A DNA stretch of 64,000 nucleotides. It comes from Candidatus Poribacteria bacterium (GTDB lineage: Bacteria; Poribacteria; WGA-4E; WGA-3G). Below are positions 27,641-38,106 of the stretch, piece after piece (within the stretch, counting starts at the first letter, position 1; each line of letters starts with the position of its first letter). A program made the translations under genes and the position numbers. The DNA lies in the NCBI GenBank assembly GCA_965197475.1, contig CBDANF010000002.1:544001-608000 (forward strand). Direction: 5' to 3'. Under the pieces are notes generated by a model that saw only the letters and a list, made by a program, of their open reading frames with translations, made no database searches and was not told the DNA's origin.

Positions 27641-30634
27641 CTACTTGGCGGAATTTTCTAAATCGTTTATTCCATTTTTTTGCCAATCATCGGTTTTCTG
27701 ATTCAACTTATCCATATCACCTGGTTGCTGAATATCCACGATAGTAGGCGTAATAATGAAGACAATCTCCGTATTTTCGACTTCGGTTTCGGTGCTTTTG
27801 AAAAGTCTTCCGAGCAAAGGAATATCGCCGAGAATGGGAACTTTGTTTTCCACCTGCTTATGTTTCTTTCGGATGATACCACCAACGATAAGCTGCTGCC
27901 CGTCCTCAATATCAATATAGACACTGAGAGAGTTATCCTCAGTTATCGGTGCGTTGAATTCCGTGAATTCAATAAAGTTGCTGGCACTGATATTCGTAAT
28001 ATCTAAGCCGATTGTCCGTTTTCCATTTTCTCCCGCTTGTGATCTTGCGATGTAAGGCGTGAGTGCGATGTTAATCCCGACTGGAGGATCAATAAAATCG
28101 TAGTTGAAGAGCGGCTGCGTAGCAGTTTCGCCAAGGATACTATTGGTATCAACACTCTGTAGGTATGGAATGCGCCGTCCACTACTCCATGTAGCGGGTC
28201 GGCTATCACGCGTAATGAGAGTTGGTCTTGAAAGCGTTTCGACTTTATTTTCACGAATTAGAGTGTGCAGGAGTGCCATGTATTCTTTGGTTGCCAAGCT
28301 GTAGTTAAAACCAGAGAATTCCTGACCGAGTCCGAGTTGTGCATTTGTATCCCCGATCAGCGGGTTGCCTGGACCGAGTTCAATACCACCGAGTCTCTTT
28401 TCATTGGCAGCCATTTCTATACCGAGTTTTGTAGTTTCATCAAGTGTAACTTCAAGAATTTTAATATCAATCCATACCTGTCCGCGAACAAAATCAAGTT
28501 GTTTGATAAGTGCTCTAACCTGTTCAAGATAGCGTCGTCGGGTTGTGACGACAAGCGAGTTGGTATCTGGATCGGCAAAGATAGTAACCTTGCCGTGTAA
28601 TGAATTGATGTCTGTCGGTTCGTCGCTGAAGGTTGATCGGAAAAATCGACTAAAACTAAACCCATCATCTTCTGATTGTGCATCTTGCCAAACTTGCGCG
28701 AGTACTTGCGCGATAGCATCGGCGGTTGCGTATTCAAGGCGAATTGTCTGCGTAACCTCTACCTGTTCTTCCGGTGTAGGTACGTCAATCTGTTTGATAA
28801 ATTCCCCAATTTTTTCAAAGTTGCGTTTTGTACCTGTAGATACGATAACAGCATTCAAGTTGACAAAGGGTTCGGCAGAAACCATGCCAGCAAGTGAACC
28901 TTGTGTCTGTGCAGATGTTGATCCACCTCTCTGTCGGAGATAAGAGAAGGGTGAGTAATAGTCATAGCGGCTTCTGCCACTGTCTGATGTTTCCCCTTTG
29001 TAATGTGTATTAAGCAGATTCGCGACATTTTCAGCGTCGGCGTATTTAAGGTAAAAGATCTGTGTGCCCCATTCCTGGTCGGGCATATTCACATCAAGTT
29101 TCTTGATTAAATCATCAATCAAGGGAAAATTCTGGGAAGCTGTGGATACGATCAAGGTATTGAGACGAGGTACAAAAACAATATGTACATTTCCCTGTAC
29201 CCCAAAACTACCGTCTTGAGTAGGTTCACGATCTCTCCGTTCCCACCAAGGACGATCTCTATCTTGTCCAGCACTACCACCTTCAAAGAGGTCTTGTAGA
29301 TTTGCTGCGAGGGCTTCAGCGTTTGCAAACTCAAGGAAATACATCTTGATCTCTTCTTGTGTCTGCTCTTGATCAAGTTCGTTAATGACCTTTTCAATGA
29401 TTGAGAAATTGCGTGGGTCTGAAGATACAACAACAATGTTTAACCTATCATTCCGTGAAACATTCACTGTTCCGACAATACCTTGATACATGCTACTTGA
29501 GTCGCCTCGTTCGCGCCGAAATGCGCGAATTTTCTCCATGTCCCATCTGTCATAGCGTCCCCCGCTACTCTGTGTGCTTTGTCCGGTAATGACCTCTTCA
29601 AGGGTTGTTGCGACATCTTCTGCTGGGGCATAGTTGAGGTGATATGTCCGAATTTCTGTCTGAAGAGTCGGAGCGATGTCAAGGTGGCGGACAATTTCTT
29701 TAAGAATAACAAGGTTGTCCTCGGTGGCTTTTAGAATGATGGAGTTTGAGTTTGAATCGCCCTCGACCTCGACCATTCCCTCAACCAATGGCACACTTAA
29801 GCCTTGTTCGAGTGCCTGCTTGATTTGATCTGGATCCATATCGACTTGCCCTTTAGGGGGTTTGTCATCTTCTTCGTTATTTTCAAATACTCTTTCGAGT
29901 GTTTCTTCCATAGCTTCAGCGTCTGCATAAGTTAATGGGATAATAGCGATCTGCAGTGGGAAACGCTCAGCTTCATCAGCAACTTGTAAAATCGAGACGA
30001 TTCTCCACACATTGGATGACACACCGGTAATGACGAGCGAATTCGTCATAGCGTCGGCAAAGATGTTTGCATGTCTGTTTAATAGAGGTTTTAGGGCATT
30101 AACTTGCTCTGATGCAGAAGCATTTTCTAGCTGGATAATGTAAGTCTGAATTTCATCGGTCATTTCAACCTGTTCCGGATCTGCTTGAATATGCTTCACA
30201 GGAACATTCATCACAGTAGCATTCTCAAAGGTTGTTACGATGAAAACACTATCGCTTTTAACCAAGGTTAAGTTGTACCGTGCAAGCACTGTCTTGATAT
30301 TCTCAATGACTTCATCAAGTGTGACATCATTGAGGTTAATCAATGCAAATTTTTTGCCTTGAATATCGTTTTCGCTTGCGAGAATGGCAAGGTCTGCTTC
30401 GCGAGAGAGCCACACCAATACGTTTTTGATTTCATCACTGGTAAAGTTGAAACTAAACCGTATTGCTTGTCCGGTTTCTTCATCCCGTTCAGTGACTTCC
30501 ATCTGTCCTCGCTGTTGTGCATATAACTGATCTTGTATCCCTACCAACAAACCGAGACATACCAGAACAATCAAGCAAATTTTATATTTTTGTGCCCACA
30601 TCAGGCAAACTGTATTCCTACATATTTTTATCAT
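27641..30634 (-). CDS. gspD: Type II secretion secretin GspD, elongated
   Basis: N0 FNFTSDEIKNVL; six N3-like repeats; QVWIDIKILEV; KVPILGDIPLLGRLFKS..FIITPTIV secretin signature. Confidence 0.92.
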   Translation of the reverse strand: MIKICRNTVCLMWAQKYKICLIVLVCLGLLVGIQDQLYAQQRGQMEVTERDEETGQAIRFSFNFTSDEIKNVLVWLSREADLAILASENDIQGKKFALINLNDVTLDEVIENIKTVLARYNLTLVKSDSVFIVTTFENATVMNVPVKHIQADPEQVEMTDEIQTYIIQLENASASEQVNALKPLLNRHANIFADAMTNSLVITGVSSNVWRIVSILQVADEAERFPLQIAIIPLTYADAEAMEETLERVFENNEEDDKPPKGQVDMDPDQIKQALEQGLSVPLVEGMVEVEGDSNSNSIILKATEDNLVILKEIVRHLDIAPTLQTEIRTYHLNYAPAEDVATTLEEVITGQSTQSSGGRYDRWDMEKIRAFRRERGDSSSMYQGIVGTVNVSRNDRLNIVVVSSDPRNFSIIEKVINELDQEQTQEEIKMYFLEFANAEALAANLQDLFEGGSAGQDRDRPWWERRDREPTQDGSFGVQGNVHIVFVPRLNTLIVSTASQNFPLIDDLIKKLDVNMPDQEWGTQIFYLKYADAENVANLLNTHYKGETSDSGRSRYDYYSPFSYLRQRGGSTSAQTQGSLAGMVSAEPFVNLNAVIVSTGTKRNFEKIGEFIKQIDVPTPEEQVEVTQTIRLEYATADAIAQVLAQVWQDAQSEDDGFSFSRFFRSTFSDEPTDINSLHGKVTIFADPDTNSLVVTTRRRYLEQVRALIKQLDFVRGQVWIDIKILEVTLDETTKLGIEMAANEKRLGGIELGPGNPLIGDTNAQLGLGQEFSGFNYSLATKEYMALLHTLIRENKVETLSRPTLITRDSRPATWSSGRRIPYLQSVDTNSILGETATQPLFNYDFIDPPVGINIALTPYIARSQAGENGKRTIGLDITNISASNFIEFTEFNAPITEDNSLSVYIDIEDGQQLIVGGIIRKKHKQVENKVPILGDIPLLGRLFKSTETEVENTEIVFIITPTIVDIQQPGDMDKLNQKTDDWQKNGINDLENSAK

Positions 30635-31893
30635 TGATAAGCCCTCGCAATCATAAGAACATCCACATTTATTTTATTCTGTTTGTTATCAACGGAAATT
30701 TGGAGGTCTCTGACCATCAACCATTTAGTTTTGGTTTCAATTAATCGATTTAACTTAACGAGTTTATCAATTTCCGCTTTAAACTTTATTTTTACGGTAT
30801 AACTTTCAGGTGAATAGGTAGTGGGAGCCAATTGTAACTTCTTGGAAAGCTCTGCGATTTGGGATTGAATCAGTTCAAGGTATTCAAGGAGCTCTGTTGT
30901 GAGTTTTTCCTTGTTAAGTTCTCCCCCATCAACATCAATGAGATTTGTGAATTTGGCTAAAATCTGGCTATTTGGATGAAAGTTAATTTCAGTCGTCGGT
31001 TTTTTAGCACCGATGCCAAAAAACCCGGAGGTTGCCTCCTTTTGTGTTTTATAGAATTGGTTTTCAAACAGTGTTTTTTCAGCACCTACCAGGTGTTGTC
31101 CTATCATTGAAACAATAAGTTCAATGAGTTCAATTCGCATAGAACTTGGTATGGCTTCTGGAAGCGATGCGAATTCCCATTGGGATGCAGTATCTACCGA
31201 TTTCTCTGAATCTGTTTGATTTTTTTCGGACTCTTGAGGTTTTTCCGGTTCTTCAGCATCCTCTTTTTCTGTTAATTCCAAAAGATCACCAGAATCCGTA
31301 TGATTTTCATCAGACTTTTCTGATTTTTTCAGTTTTTCAGTATCTTCGTCTGTTTCGTCCAGCCAAGCGTCCATCAACATATCTATAGATGGTTCTTCGG
31401 CTTCCATTTCAGCTTGAATCGCAGCCTCAATTTCGGCATTGAGGGTATCACGCTCAGTTTCCAATTTTTTTTGATAGAGAAGAACAACCAAGTTTCGCCG
31501 TGCCTGCGGGGAGATTTTCTCCGATTTTTTGCCAGGCACAGGTTCCAAATTCAATTGGTAGTTCCGTGGGATACCGGCTTCTTTGACAATGGCATCAATT
31601 TTTTCACGGATAATCGTCTCAGGAAAATTTCCGTCAAAAATGGAGTCCGTTTTCTCTTTGTCGGCGAGTCCGGTTTTTTGATATAAACCTGGTTCAACGG
31701 GTTTCAGAATTTTGGATGCTGTTACCAAATCTTTAGATGTTTCTAAGGTTTGTCGCTTAGCCTCCATGGCGGGGTTAGAAATCAAGCCGTAAAGCCCTGG
31801 TCCCCATTGCGTCGCTATGGCAATGATAAGGACAATTGCCAGAATCCCAATCAAAATTTTGGTTTGTCTTGTAAGTTGAAGATTTAATTCCAC
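30631..31893 (-). CDS. PilO/GspM-like inner-membrane platform protein with a large acidic insertion
   Basis: N-terminal TM; C-terminal YTVKIKFKAEIDKLVKL..LIE..WLMVRDLQI ferredoxin-like pattern; position; ATGA overlap with gspD. Confidence 0.55.
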   Translation of the reverse strand: MELNLQLTRQTKILIGILAIVLIIAIATQWGPGLYGLISNPAMEAKRQTLETSKDLVTASKILKPVEPGLYQKTGLADKEKTDSIFDGNFPETIIREKIDAIVKEAGIPRNYQLNLEPVPGKKSEKISPQARRNLVVLLYQKKLETERDTLNAEIEAAIQAEMEAEEPSIDMLMDAWLDETDEDTEKLKKSEKSDENHTDSGDLLELTEKEDAEEPEKPQESEKNQTDSEKSVDTASQWEFASLPEAIPSSMRIELIELIVSMIGQHLVGAEKTLFENQFYKTQKEATSGFFGIGAKKPTTEINFHPNSQILAKFTNLIDVDGGELNKEKLTTELLEYLELIQSQIAELSKKLQLAPTTYSPESYTVKIKFKAEIDKLVKLNRLIETKTKWLMVRDLQISVDNKQNKINVDVLMIARAYQ

Positions 31894-31959
31894 TTTTGTT
31901 TCCTTGCCTACTTTTGTAGGTTTACCTGCGCGACTGATTACAGTCTTAAGTAAGTTTGT

Positions 31960-33675
31960 TTATTTTTTCTGTTCTTCGTTTTCTTCAGTATCCTCTATTG
32001 AAGGTTCCGAGTTTTCAGGTGGAGGTAAAACGGTGGCATCCTCAAGATTTGCCTCTTTAAGTTCAAGTGGTGGTTTCGGGTGCCGTTTTTGTGCAAACAT
32101 TTGGGTTGCTTCACGTGTCAATCGACAGCTTATCTTCACCTCAAATGTCAGTTTCCGTTCATCACCAGTCACTGTGACCTCTCCTGCCTCAATGTTGTTA
32201 AATAGTTTTGAACGACCAAGGACACCCAGCATAGAGTTTATAGCTGGATGTGAACTAGCTTGTAAGCTGAAGGAAATACGCGTTTTATCAAGTTCATCCA
32301 AATTGTTGACCTCAAAAGATTTCCATGCAACTTTTGTTCTATCTTTAAAAAGTGTGCTGAGGACATGTAAGATGTCTAATGGAGAAATTTGATGTGTAAA
32401 TTTATCCGCTAAAATGAGTTCAAGTGCAAGTTGGTTGTTAGCATCAGTTTGTAGTCTCTCAAAGGTGGCGATCTCTTTTTCTAAAAAGGCAACTTTGGAT
32501 TTTTGCGATCTGTTCCATGTGATACCGCAGAGAGCAATTACGAAAAGCACAAAACCTACGACACCGGCCGCGATGAGTTGCTGATGTTTACGGGTAGATT
32601 CTGCACGTTTTACCCCGATTTCTGTCGGTAATAGCGAAACAGGCTCTTCAGCATCTAAAAGATATATTCCAACTCCCAGAGGGACAGCGAAAGTGTCTCC
32701 GTATGTTTCAAGATCAGAGGTGGTCGCAGTGCTTGTGTCTAAAGCAGCGTCATAGATCGGATTCCAAAGTCTGGTTGGAATTTGGAGTTGTTCCTGACAT
32801 GTTTCTGCCAATTCTGGAACGCGGGCACCACCCCCACATAACCATATTTCCGCTATCTCTTCAGTCTCATCACCGTTAGCTTCGCGTTCAGCTGCTCTGA
32901 TGGAACGTTCTAATTCTGCAATGAAACGTCTTGTCCATGTACGAGTAGGTACCTGATTTGCAGGAATATGTTGTTTTTCCTGTTCTGCTGTTTCGGCATC
33001 CAGTTGCATTTCTGTCATTAGTGTACGTGTCAACTGGTTCCCGCTGACAGAAAATCCACGAGAAAATTGCAAATTACTTCCTTGCATTATACAGAAACCT
33101 GTATGTACGGCTCCAATATCAACGATGATTGTACGACCTGTGGTATTGGATAGCGCGTTGCGAGCGACTGTCGTAATGGCCAACATGGACGGAACCACTG
33201 CTGAAGGTGTGGCACCTGTCTCCTTAAGTGCCTCCATATAGCGTGTCACAGTATCGCGTCGAGTCGAAACTAATTCGACCGAAAGAGTCTCTATTGTCCT
33301 TTTGACATCATGGTACGTAAAAACGGATTCTTCTGTTTGGAACGGCAGCTCAGTTTCCGCAGCCATTTCCACAATGGCAGGTAACTGTGCCTCTGTTGTC
33401 GCTAGCGGTAGGTTGGATAAACGTTTGGTAACGACGAATCCGCGAGGGATCGCGATCGCAACGTCTATCTTATGTTTATTGAAAAAGGTTCGCTTGATTC
33501 CGAGTTGATTCCACAACTGCCGTACAGCCTCAGATATCTGTTGTGGATTGTCAGGGTCCGTATAAGGGATAATGCCAGCGTTAATCAAACGCAGTACGCC
33601 TGAAATTTTCTCTATATATACTATTTTAGCTGTGGCAGAACCAATATCAATTGCTACAACCTGATTTTTTGCCAT
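31960..33675 (-). CDS. PilM-PilN-like fusion (GspL equivalent)
   Basis: VAIDIGS, IVDIGA, IWLCGGGARVP actin-like motifs, VSLLP, TM helix, PilN-like C-terminus. Confidence 0.8.
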   Translation of the reverse strand: MAKNQVVAIDIGSATAKIVYIEKISGVLRLINAGIIPYTDPDNPQQISEAVRQLWNQLGIKRTFFNKHKIDVAIAIPRGFVVTKRLSNLPLATTEAQLPAIVEMAAETELPFQTEESVFTYHDVKRTIETLSVELVSTRRDTVTRYMEALKETGATPSAVVPSMLAITTVARNALSNTTGRTIIVDIGAVHTGFCIMQGSNLQFSRGFSVSGNQLTRTLMTEMQLDAETAEQEKQHIPANQVPTRTWTRRFIAELERSIRAAEREANGDETEEIAEIWLCGGGARVPELAETCQEQLQIPTRLWNPIYDAALDTSTATTSDLETYGDTFAVPLGVGIYLLDAEEPVSLLPTEIGVKRAESTRKHQQLIAAGVVGFVLFVIALCGITWNRSQKSKVAFLEKEIATFERLQTDANNQLALELILADKFTHQISPLDILHVLSTLFKDRTKVAWKSFEVNNLDELDKTRISFSLQASSHPAINSMLGVLGRSKLFNNIEAGEVTVTGDERKLTFEVKISCRLTREATQMFAQKRHPKPPLELKEANLEDATVLPPPENSEPSIEDTEENEEQKK

Positions 33676-33714
33676 TTGTTAAAGCCTCATTTTCCCGTGG
33701 AGGTGTCTCTTTTG

Positions 33715-35343
33715 TTAGTCTTGTCGCCAATATGGAACACTCAGTTGGTTTCCTTCCCTCACAACGATGCCAACGCACATGGCAAGGATTTTTCCAGTTT
33801 CATCAACTCCAGAAGATTCAATACGATATCCGTGTGAGCGGTACGTGACCCAATCTACGACTTCTCTAAATGCCTGATCGTCAATATCTTCAAGATCCAA
33901 AATTTGCCCGATGTCGCTGAATGGGTTGCCTCGTATTTGCTCCTCTGATGCGTTTGCGTCTGGGTCTTCCTCTTCACGACGAGTGATAATTGCTTGTGCT
34001 TTCTGTTGATCCATCCCCGGTAACAGTTGTAATACTTCCACAGGTGCTGTGTTTATGTTTATTAATCCGTTTACAGACTGTCCATCATTTATTGTGATTG
34101 TATCAACAATGCCAGCGAACTCTTGTACTGTCAATATCTTAACATCTTTAATGGCATCAATATTTTGGAAGTCTCCCTGCGAGTCGCGATGTGCTATAAT
34201 CCGATCGGCAATTCCGTTATCAATTCCTTGAAGTTCTTGCAGTTCTCCTGAGTCAGCTGTATTGATATTAGTCAGTGGGTTGCTAAACTCTTGTGAGTTG
34301 TCAAACCCCTGTGAGTTGTCAAACTCTTGATTGCCATTTCTACCTCCACCTTCTTTATTCTCATCTTCGCCATCATCATTTTCATTATTTTGACTACTGG
34401 TATCTTCAACAGTGATTTGTTCACTTATATTATTAAAAACATCATCTGATATAGCTTGGACATCTAACAGCGAAGAAAGTTTGCTAAATTCGCGCTCTTG
34501 GATAATCGCATTTGCCTCACCTTGCGAGAAGACCGACTGATTATTTCCCCCTCGAATTTGTCTTAACTGTTGTTCTTGCGCAGTGTTAATATTGACCCGC
34601 TGCTGCCCGTTAGCATCGGTATTTCTGTCAACCGAATAGACTGTTGTCATGGTAACAAGACCGCCCGAACCTTGCGTTATTTGCGCTAATTGTGGCAATT
34701 GCGCTAATTCTGCTTGTGGTGGAGTCTTTTCAGATCCGCTTGCTGCTGCAGCCTGTTGTTGTATCCCATAAAGGATTTCTTGAGTCACCCCATTAATTCG
34801 GGCGAGGTCACGGACAGTGCGATATGGACGCCCTTCAACAATTCGATTTGCGAGGTCTTCAGATACATTGTTTTCTGGCTGAGCCCCCGCTAACGTGAGT
34901 AAATTACGGATGGTATCTTCCGGTGCGGAATTAATGTTGATTTTTGACGCTTCGTCTGTAATGGTTACCTGATAAGTTAAGAATCTACCTGTTTGGATCC
35001 CGTCTTCAATTTGTTCTTGAATTGGTTCCGCCCAGGTTTCACCGAGCGAATCAAAATTGGTTTCATCGGTTCGCAATGTGGCTAATCCTAACTCAAACCC
35101 TGATTTAGCTGCGTAGTGATACTTTACCCTATCTAAGTAGTTGCGTTTTGCGTTGTTTTCAAGCTGAAATGAGTAGAGCAGCTGCATTGCTAAGACAGAA
35201 AGTATGGTCAGAATCCAAAGCGTTGAGACAAGCGATAACCCGTTCGAATCGCAAAAGCAGAATGTTATCAAAACAGATTTTTTGCTCTGGCGATCAGTAG
35301 AGGTGTTTTCATATCCGAATAGATTGTTGTTATATTCTCTCAT
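33715..35343 (-). CDS. gspK: Minor pseudopilin GspK with extra helix-hairpin-helix domains
   Basis: G|LSLVSTLW (no Glu5), DSLGETWA, ITDEASKININSA; four NIN(S/T)A-initiated HhH modules; ends YWRQD. Confidence 0.85.
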   Translation of the reverse strand: MREYNNNLFGYENTSTDRQSKKSVLITFCFCDSNGLSLVSTLWILTILSVLAMQLLYSFQLENNAKRNYLDRVKYHYAAKSGFELGLATLRTDETNFDSLGETWAEPIQEQIEDGIQTGRFLTYQVTITDEASKININSAPEDTIRNLLTLAGAQPENNVSEDLANRIVEGRPYRTVRDLARINGVTQEILYGIQQQAAAASGSEKTPPQAELAQLPQLAQITQGSGGLVTMTTVYSVDRNTDANGQQRVNINTAQEQQLRQIRGGNNQSVFSQGEANAIIQEREFSKLSSLLDVQAISDDVFNNISEQITVEDTSSQNNENDDGEDENKEGGGRNGNQEFDNSQGFDNSQEFSNPLTNINTADSGELQELQGIDNGIADRIIAHRDSQGDFQNIDAIKDVKILTVQEFAGIVDTITINDGQSVNGLININTAPVEVLQLLPGMDQQKAQAIITRREEEDPDANASEEQIRGNPFSDIGQILDLEDIDDQAFREVVDWVTYRSHGYRIESSGVDETGKILAMCVGIVVREGNQLSVPYWRQD

Positions 35344-35428
35344 CGGTTATCCCTACATTTTCTTTCTACAAGCGAAATGTGTTGGTAGCAGAAATGACCA
35401 CAATATCCTTATTGAAGTCTACCGTTTT

Positions 35429-36328
35429 TTACTGTTCAGCAGCGTTTGCACTTGCAGGCAGATATACCATAGTTGACTGTGTTAGGGTGCCTTGCGCTAT
35501 AACGCCTGGGTTCTGTGCAGAAGGTTGCATTGATGTCGTTTTTTGTCTGTTTTCATCTATCACAGTAATCAGTATTTGAACAGCGAGTGGAATTGCATCT
35601 GGCTGATCCCAAGATTCAAGAATCGATTCTGATTCTTGATCAAAATATTTCAGATCAAAGTTAGCGATTCCATCAATTAGCGCATTTACTTTAAAGTCAA
35701 TCTCCATACCACTTTCATCTACTGTCGGAATCGTTCCAGAATCCATAAATGCACTAATAACCAATTCTGGATCCAGTGCCGTAGTGACAACGCGATAGAG
35801 TGTGAGGTCTTCTTCTTGAACGGATATGTTGTTTTTTCCCGACTGTTGCGATTCGGTATAAGGTGGTGGTACAACAGTTTCGCTCCGCAATTCTTCTATT
35901 GGAATTTTCGGCCCGACATAATAGGCGACGCGACGTACATCGCTCAAAGGCGGTGTCGTTGATACGTTGGTTCCTTTCAACTGCAGCGAAAACAGATCAG
36001 GATCAGTGTTTACCAATGTTACAAAACTGAGGATATCCCTATCGCCTGCCGCGGTGGGAAGATCTTCGGAATAGAGAGATAGCATTTCGTCAGATGTATC
36101 TGCTTGTATCTGACTCAAATCTGTGACTAATTGGTCCATAGCAACGCGGCAGCGTTGTGATTGAATTAATTTGGATTGTGTCTGGTGATATGCTTTTATT
36201 GCGGTGTTAAAGACCGCGTAAGTAGAACCGCCCATAATTATGATAATACTGACAGCGGTTAGCATTTCAACGAGCGTAAGACCGCTTTCACACTGCTCCA
36301 TTGGATTTCTCATAATTCCGTGTCCCAC
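35429..36328 (-). CDS. gspJ: Minor pseudopilin GspJ-like (start may be 36313 or 36301)
   Basis: G|LTLVEML prepilin motif; RRVAYY, FDLKYFD, W..PDAIPLAVQI. Confidence 0.8.
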   Translation of the reverse strand: MGHGIMRNPMEQCESGLTLVEMLTAVSIIIIMGGSTYAVFNTAIKAYHQTQSKLIQSQRCRVAMDQLVTDLSQIQADTSDEMLSLYSEDLPTAAGDRDILSFVTLVNTDPDLFSLQLKGTNVSTTPPLSDVRRVAYYVGPKIPIEELRSETVVPPPYTESQQSGKNNISVQEEDLTLYRVVTTALDPELVISAFMDSGTIPTVDESGMEIDFKVNALIDGIANFDLKYFDQESESILESWDQPDAIPLAVQILITVIDENRQKTTSMQPSAQNPGVIAQGTLTQSTMVYLPASANAAEQ

Positions 36329-36426
36329 ATCAACCGTTTTCTAATACAGCGAATGTTTACTTTTTTATAATCTGATGTTTCTTATGGTGAATAAACGGTA
36401 AGACTACCAATTTACTGGTTTGGTGC

Positions 36427-36822
36427 TTATTGGATTTCTCTGTCAGCCATATAGGTGTACATACTGATCGATTGTAACCTGCCTAAATGCTCCCAAGAGA
36501 CAGTTAACTCAATCCTTCGCAGTCCATCAATTTCATCAGATTTCACGTCGGCTACCACAGATTCCCACTGAAAGATAGAATTTTCCCCAAATTCACCACT
36601 ATTTGGCCCAACTTCTGGGTAACCTTCAAGTTCAATTTGCGCCATCTGAAATTTGAGTAGATAGAGTGCTGTCATCCGGTTATCTGAAAGACTCATATTG
36701 CGGGAGGTATCACTAAACACCTTCAAAAGTGCTGGTAGGACAGCAGCCATAATTGCTATAGTTACAAGGATTTCGGCAAAAGTGAAACCTTCTTCACGAT
36801 GGAAAATTGATCGTTTTATCAT
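36427..36822 (-). CDS. gspI: Minor pseudopilin GspI-like
   Basis: G|FTFAEIL; FQWESVV, LRRIELTVSW. Confidence 0.8.
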   Translation of the reverse strand: MIKRSIFHREEGFTFAEILVTIAIMAAVLPALLKVFSDTSRNMSLSDNRMTALYLLKFQMAQIELEGYPEVGPNSGEFGENSIFQWESVVADVKSDEIDGLRRIELTVSWEHLGRLQSISMYTYMADREIQ

Positions 36823-36843
36823 TTTACTATTTTTTCCCCAAAC

Positions 36844-37476
36844 TCAACGTTTATTTCCAAAACCTAACGTTTGCATCCGTTCAGATGACATATCTTCAAT
36901 GTTGGCTCGTCCGGTAGGTCCCTCAACAGTGATTGCGATAGTACTTTCTCTAAGGTTTTGGAGCAACACGACGGTATCTTCTGATGTTGAAGTCGGGGAG
37001 AAATAAACGTAATCCACGCCAGAAGTGATTTGTTGGGTTGCACCGTTGTGTGCTGTAATTAAAGCTGCTATCGTAATACCTTGGCTAAGCGGCTGCGGGA
37101 TTCCCATAATTCCGCTTGTTCGAGATACCGTGACTTGTCCGCCTGAAGTTGTGGCGTTAGCGGCTCTCCCTGCTGAAGCGACAGGATTTTGGACATCAAA
37201 AGTTTCACTGGAAGCCAGCCAATATCTATTGCTATCAACATCAAAGACTACAAGGTGCGTCGTTCGCTCAGTGATTGCCATATCTCGAGCAAATGCAAGG
37301 GTGTCAGCAATCGCCTGTGCGGACGTTTTTAACCGCCGCGATGCGGCAAAACCTCGCATCGCAGGCATAGATATTGATGATAAAACGGCAATGATAGTGA
37401 ATACCAGCATAATTTCCATCAGACTAAAACCATCTTCGGTGCCTGAGGTAATTCGGTTTCGGAAATTTTTCAACAT
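36844..37476 (-). CDS. gspH: Minor pseudopilin GspH/FimT-like
   Basis: G|FSLMEIM; LAFARDMAI, VYFSP, TVEGPTGR. Start trimmed to ATG 37476. Confidence 0.8.
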   Translation of the reverse strand: MLKNFRNRITSGTEDGFSLMEIMLVFTIIAVLSSISMPAMRGFAASRRLKTSAQAIADTLAFARDMAITERTTHLVVFDVDSNRYWLASSETFDVQNPVASAGRAANATTSGGQVTVSRTSGIMGIPQPLSQGITIAALITAHNGATQQITSGVDYVYFSPTSTSEDTVVLLQNLRESTIAITVEGPTGRANIEDMSSERMQTLGFGNKR

Positions 37477-37507
37477 GCTGGGTTCCCTACCGCTAAAGAA
37501 TAAAAGT

Positions 37508-37963
37508 TTACTTGGTTGCAGTTGTTTCTTCAATCCAGTTGGTGATGTCTTTGTCAAGATCAACACCTCCCAGTTTGCCATCTTTGCCATAAGACATCAG
37601 GTCATAATCGTATCCATAATGAGTGCCCGGGTTACGATAGACGTAGGCATTACCCCACGGGTCGTTCGTAAGCTGTTGCTGAAGATAAGGACCACCCCAA
37701 TTGGGCGGTGCTGGACTCGGGGCACGCCACAAAGCTTCTAACCCCTGTTCAGTGGTAGGATACTCGCCAACTTCAGTTGCATAAAGTTGCAATGATGTTT
37801 CTAGGTTGCTAATTTCTATTTGCGCTTTTGAAACTTTTGCCTTTTGTGGAGCATTTACGATCCTCGGTGCAATGAACGCCGCTAAAATGCCCAAGATAAC
37901 GATAACAATCGTCAATTCGATCAGGGTTAAACCCGATTCGTCTGTTCTAAATTGTTTAAACAT
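37508..37963 (-). CDS. gspG: Major pseudopilin GspG
   Basis: G|LTLIEL; YPTTEQGLEAL, WGGPYL, DPWGNAYVY.NPG, SYGKDG..GG. Confidence 0.95.
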   Translation of the reverse strand: MFKQFRTDESGLTLIELTIVIVILGILAAFIAPRIVNAPQKAKVSKAQIEISNLETSLQLYATEVGEYPTTEQGLEALWRAPSPAPPNWGGPYLQQQLTNDPWGNAYVYRNPGTHYGYDYDLMSYGKDGKLGGVDLDKDITNWIEETTATK

Positions 37964-38106
37964 TTAGTTTCACTCCTTACTATAGTGTGCAGAACTTCGT
38001 GTTCTGGTGTTTTTTCCAATGTAAACGAAACTTGTGTCTATTTATTTAGACAAATATCTCTTGTGATAGTTTAGAAAAAATTGACTCTAAGAATGTGCGT
38101 TTGACA

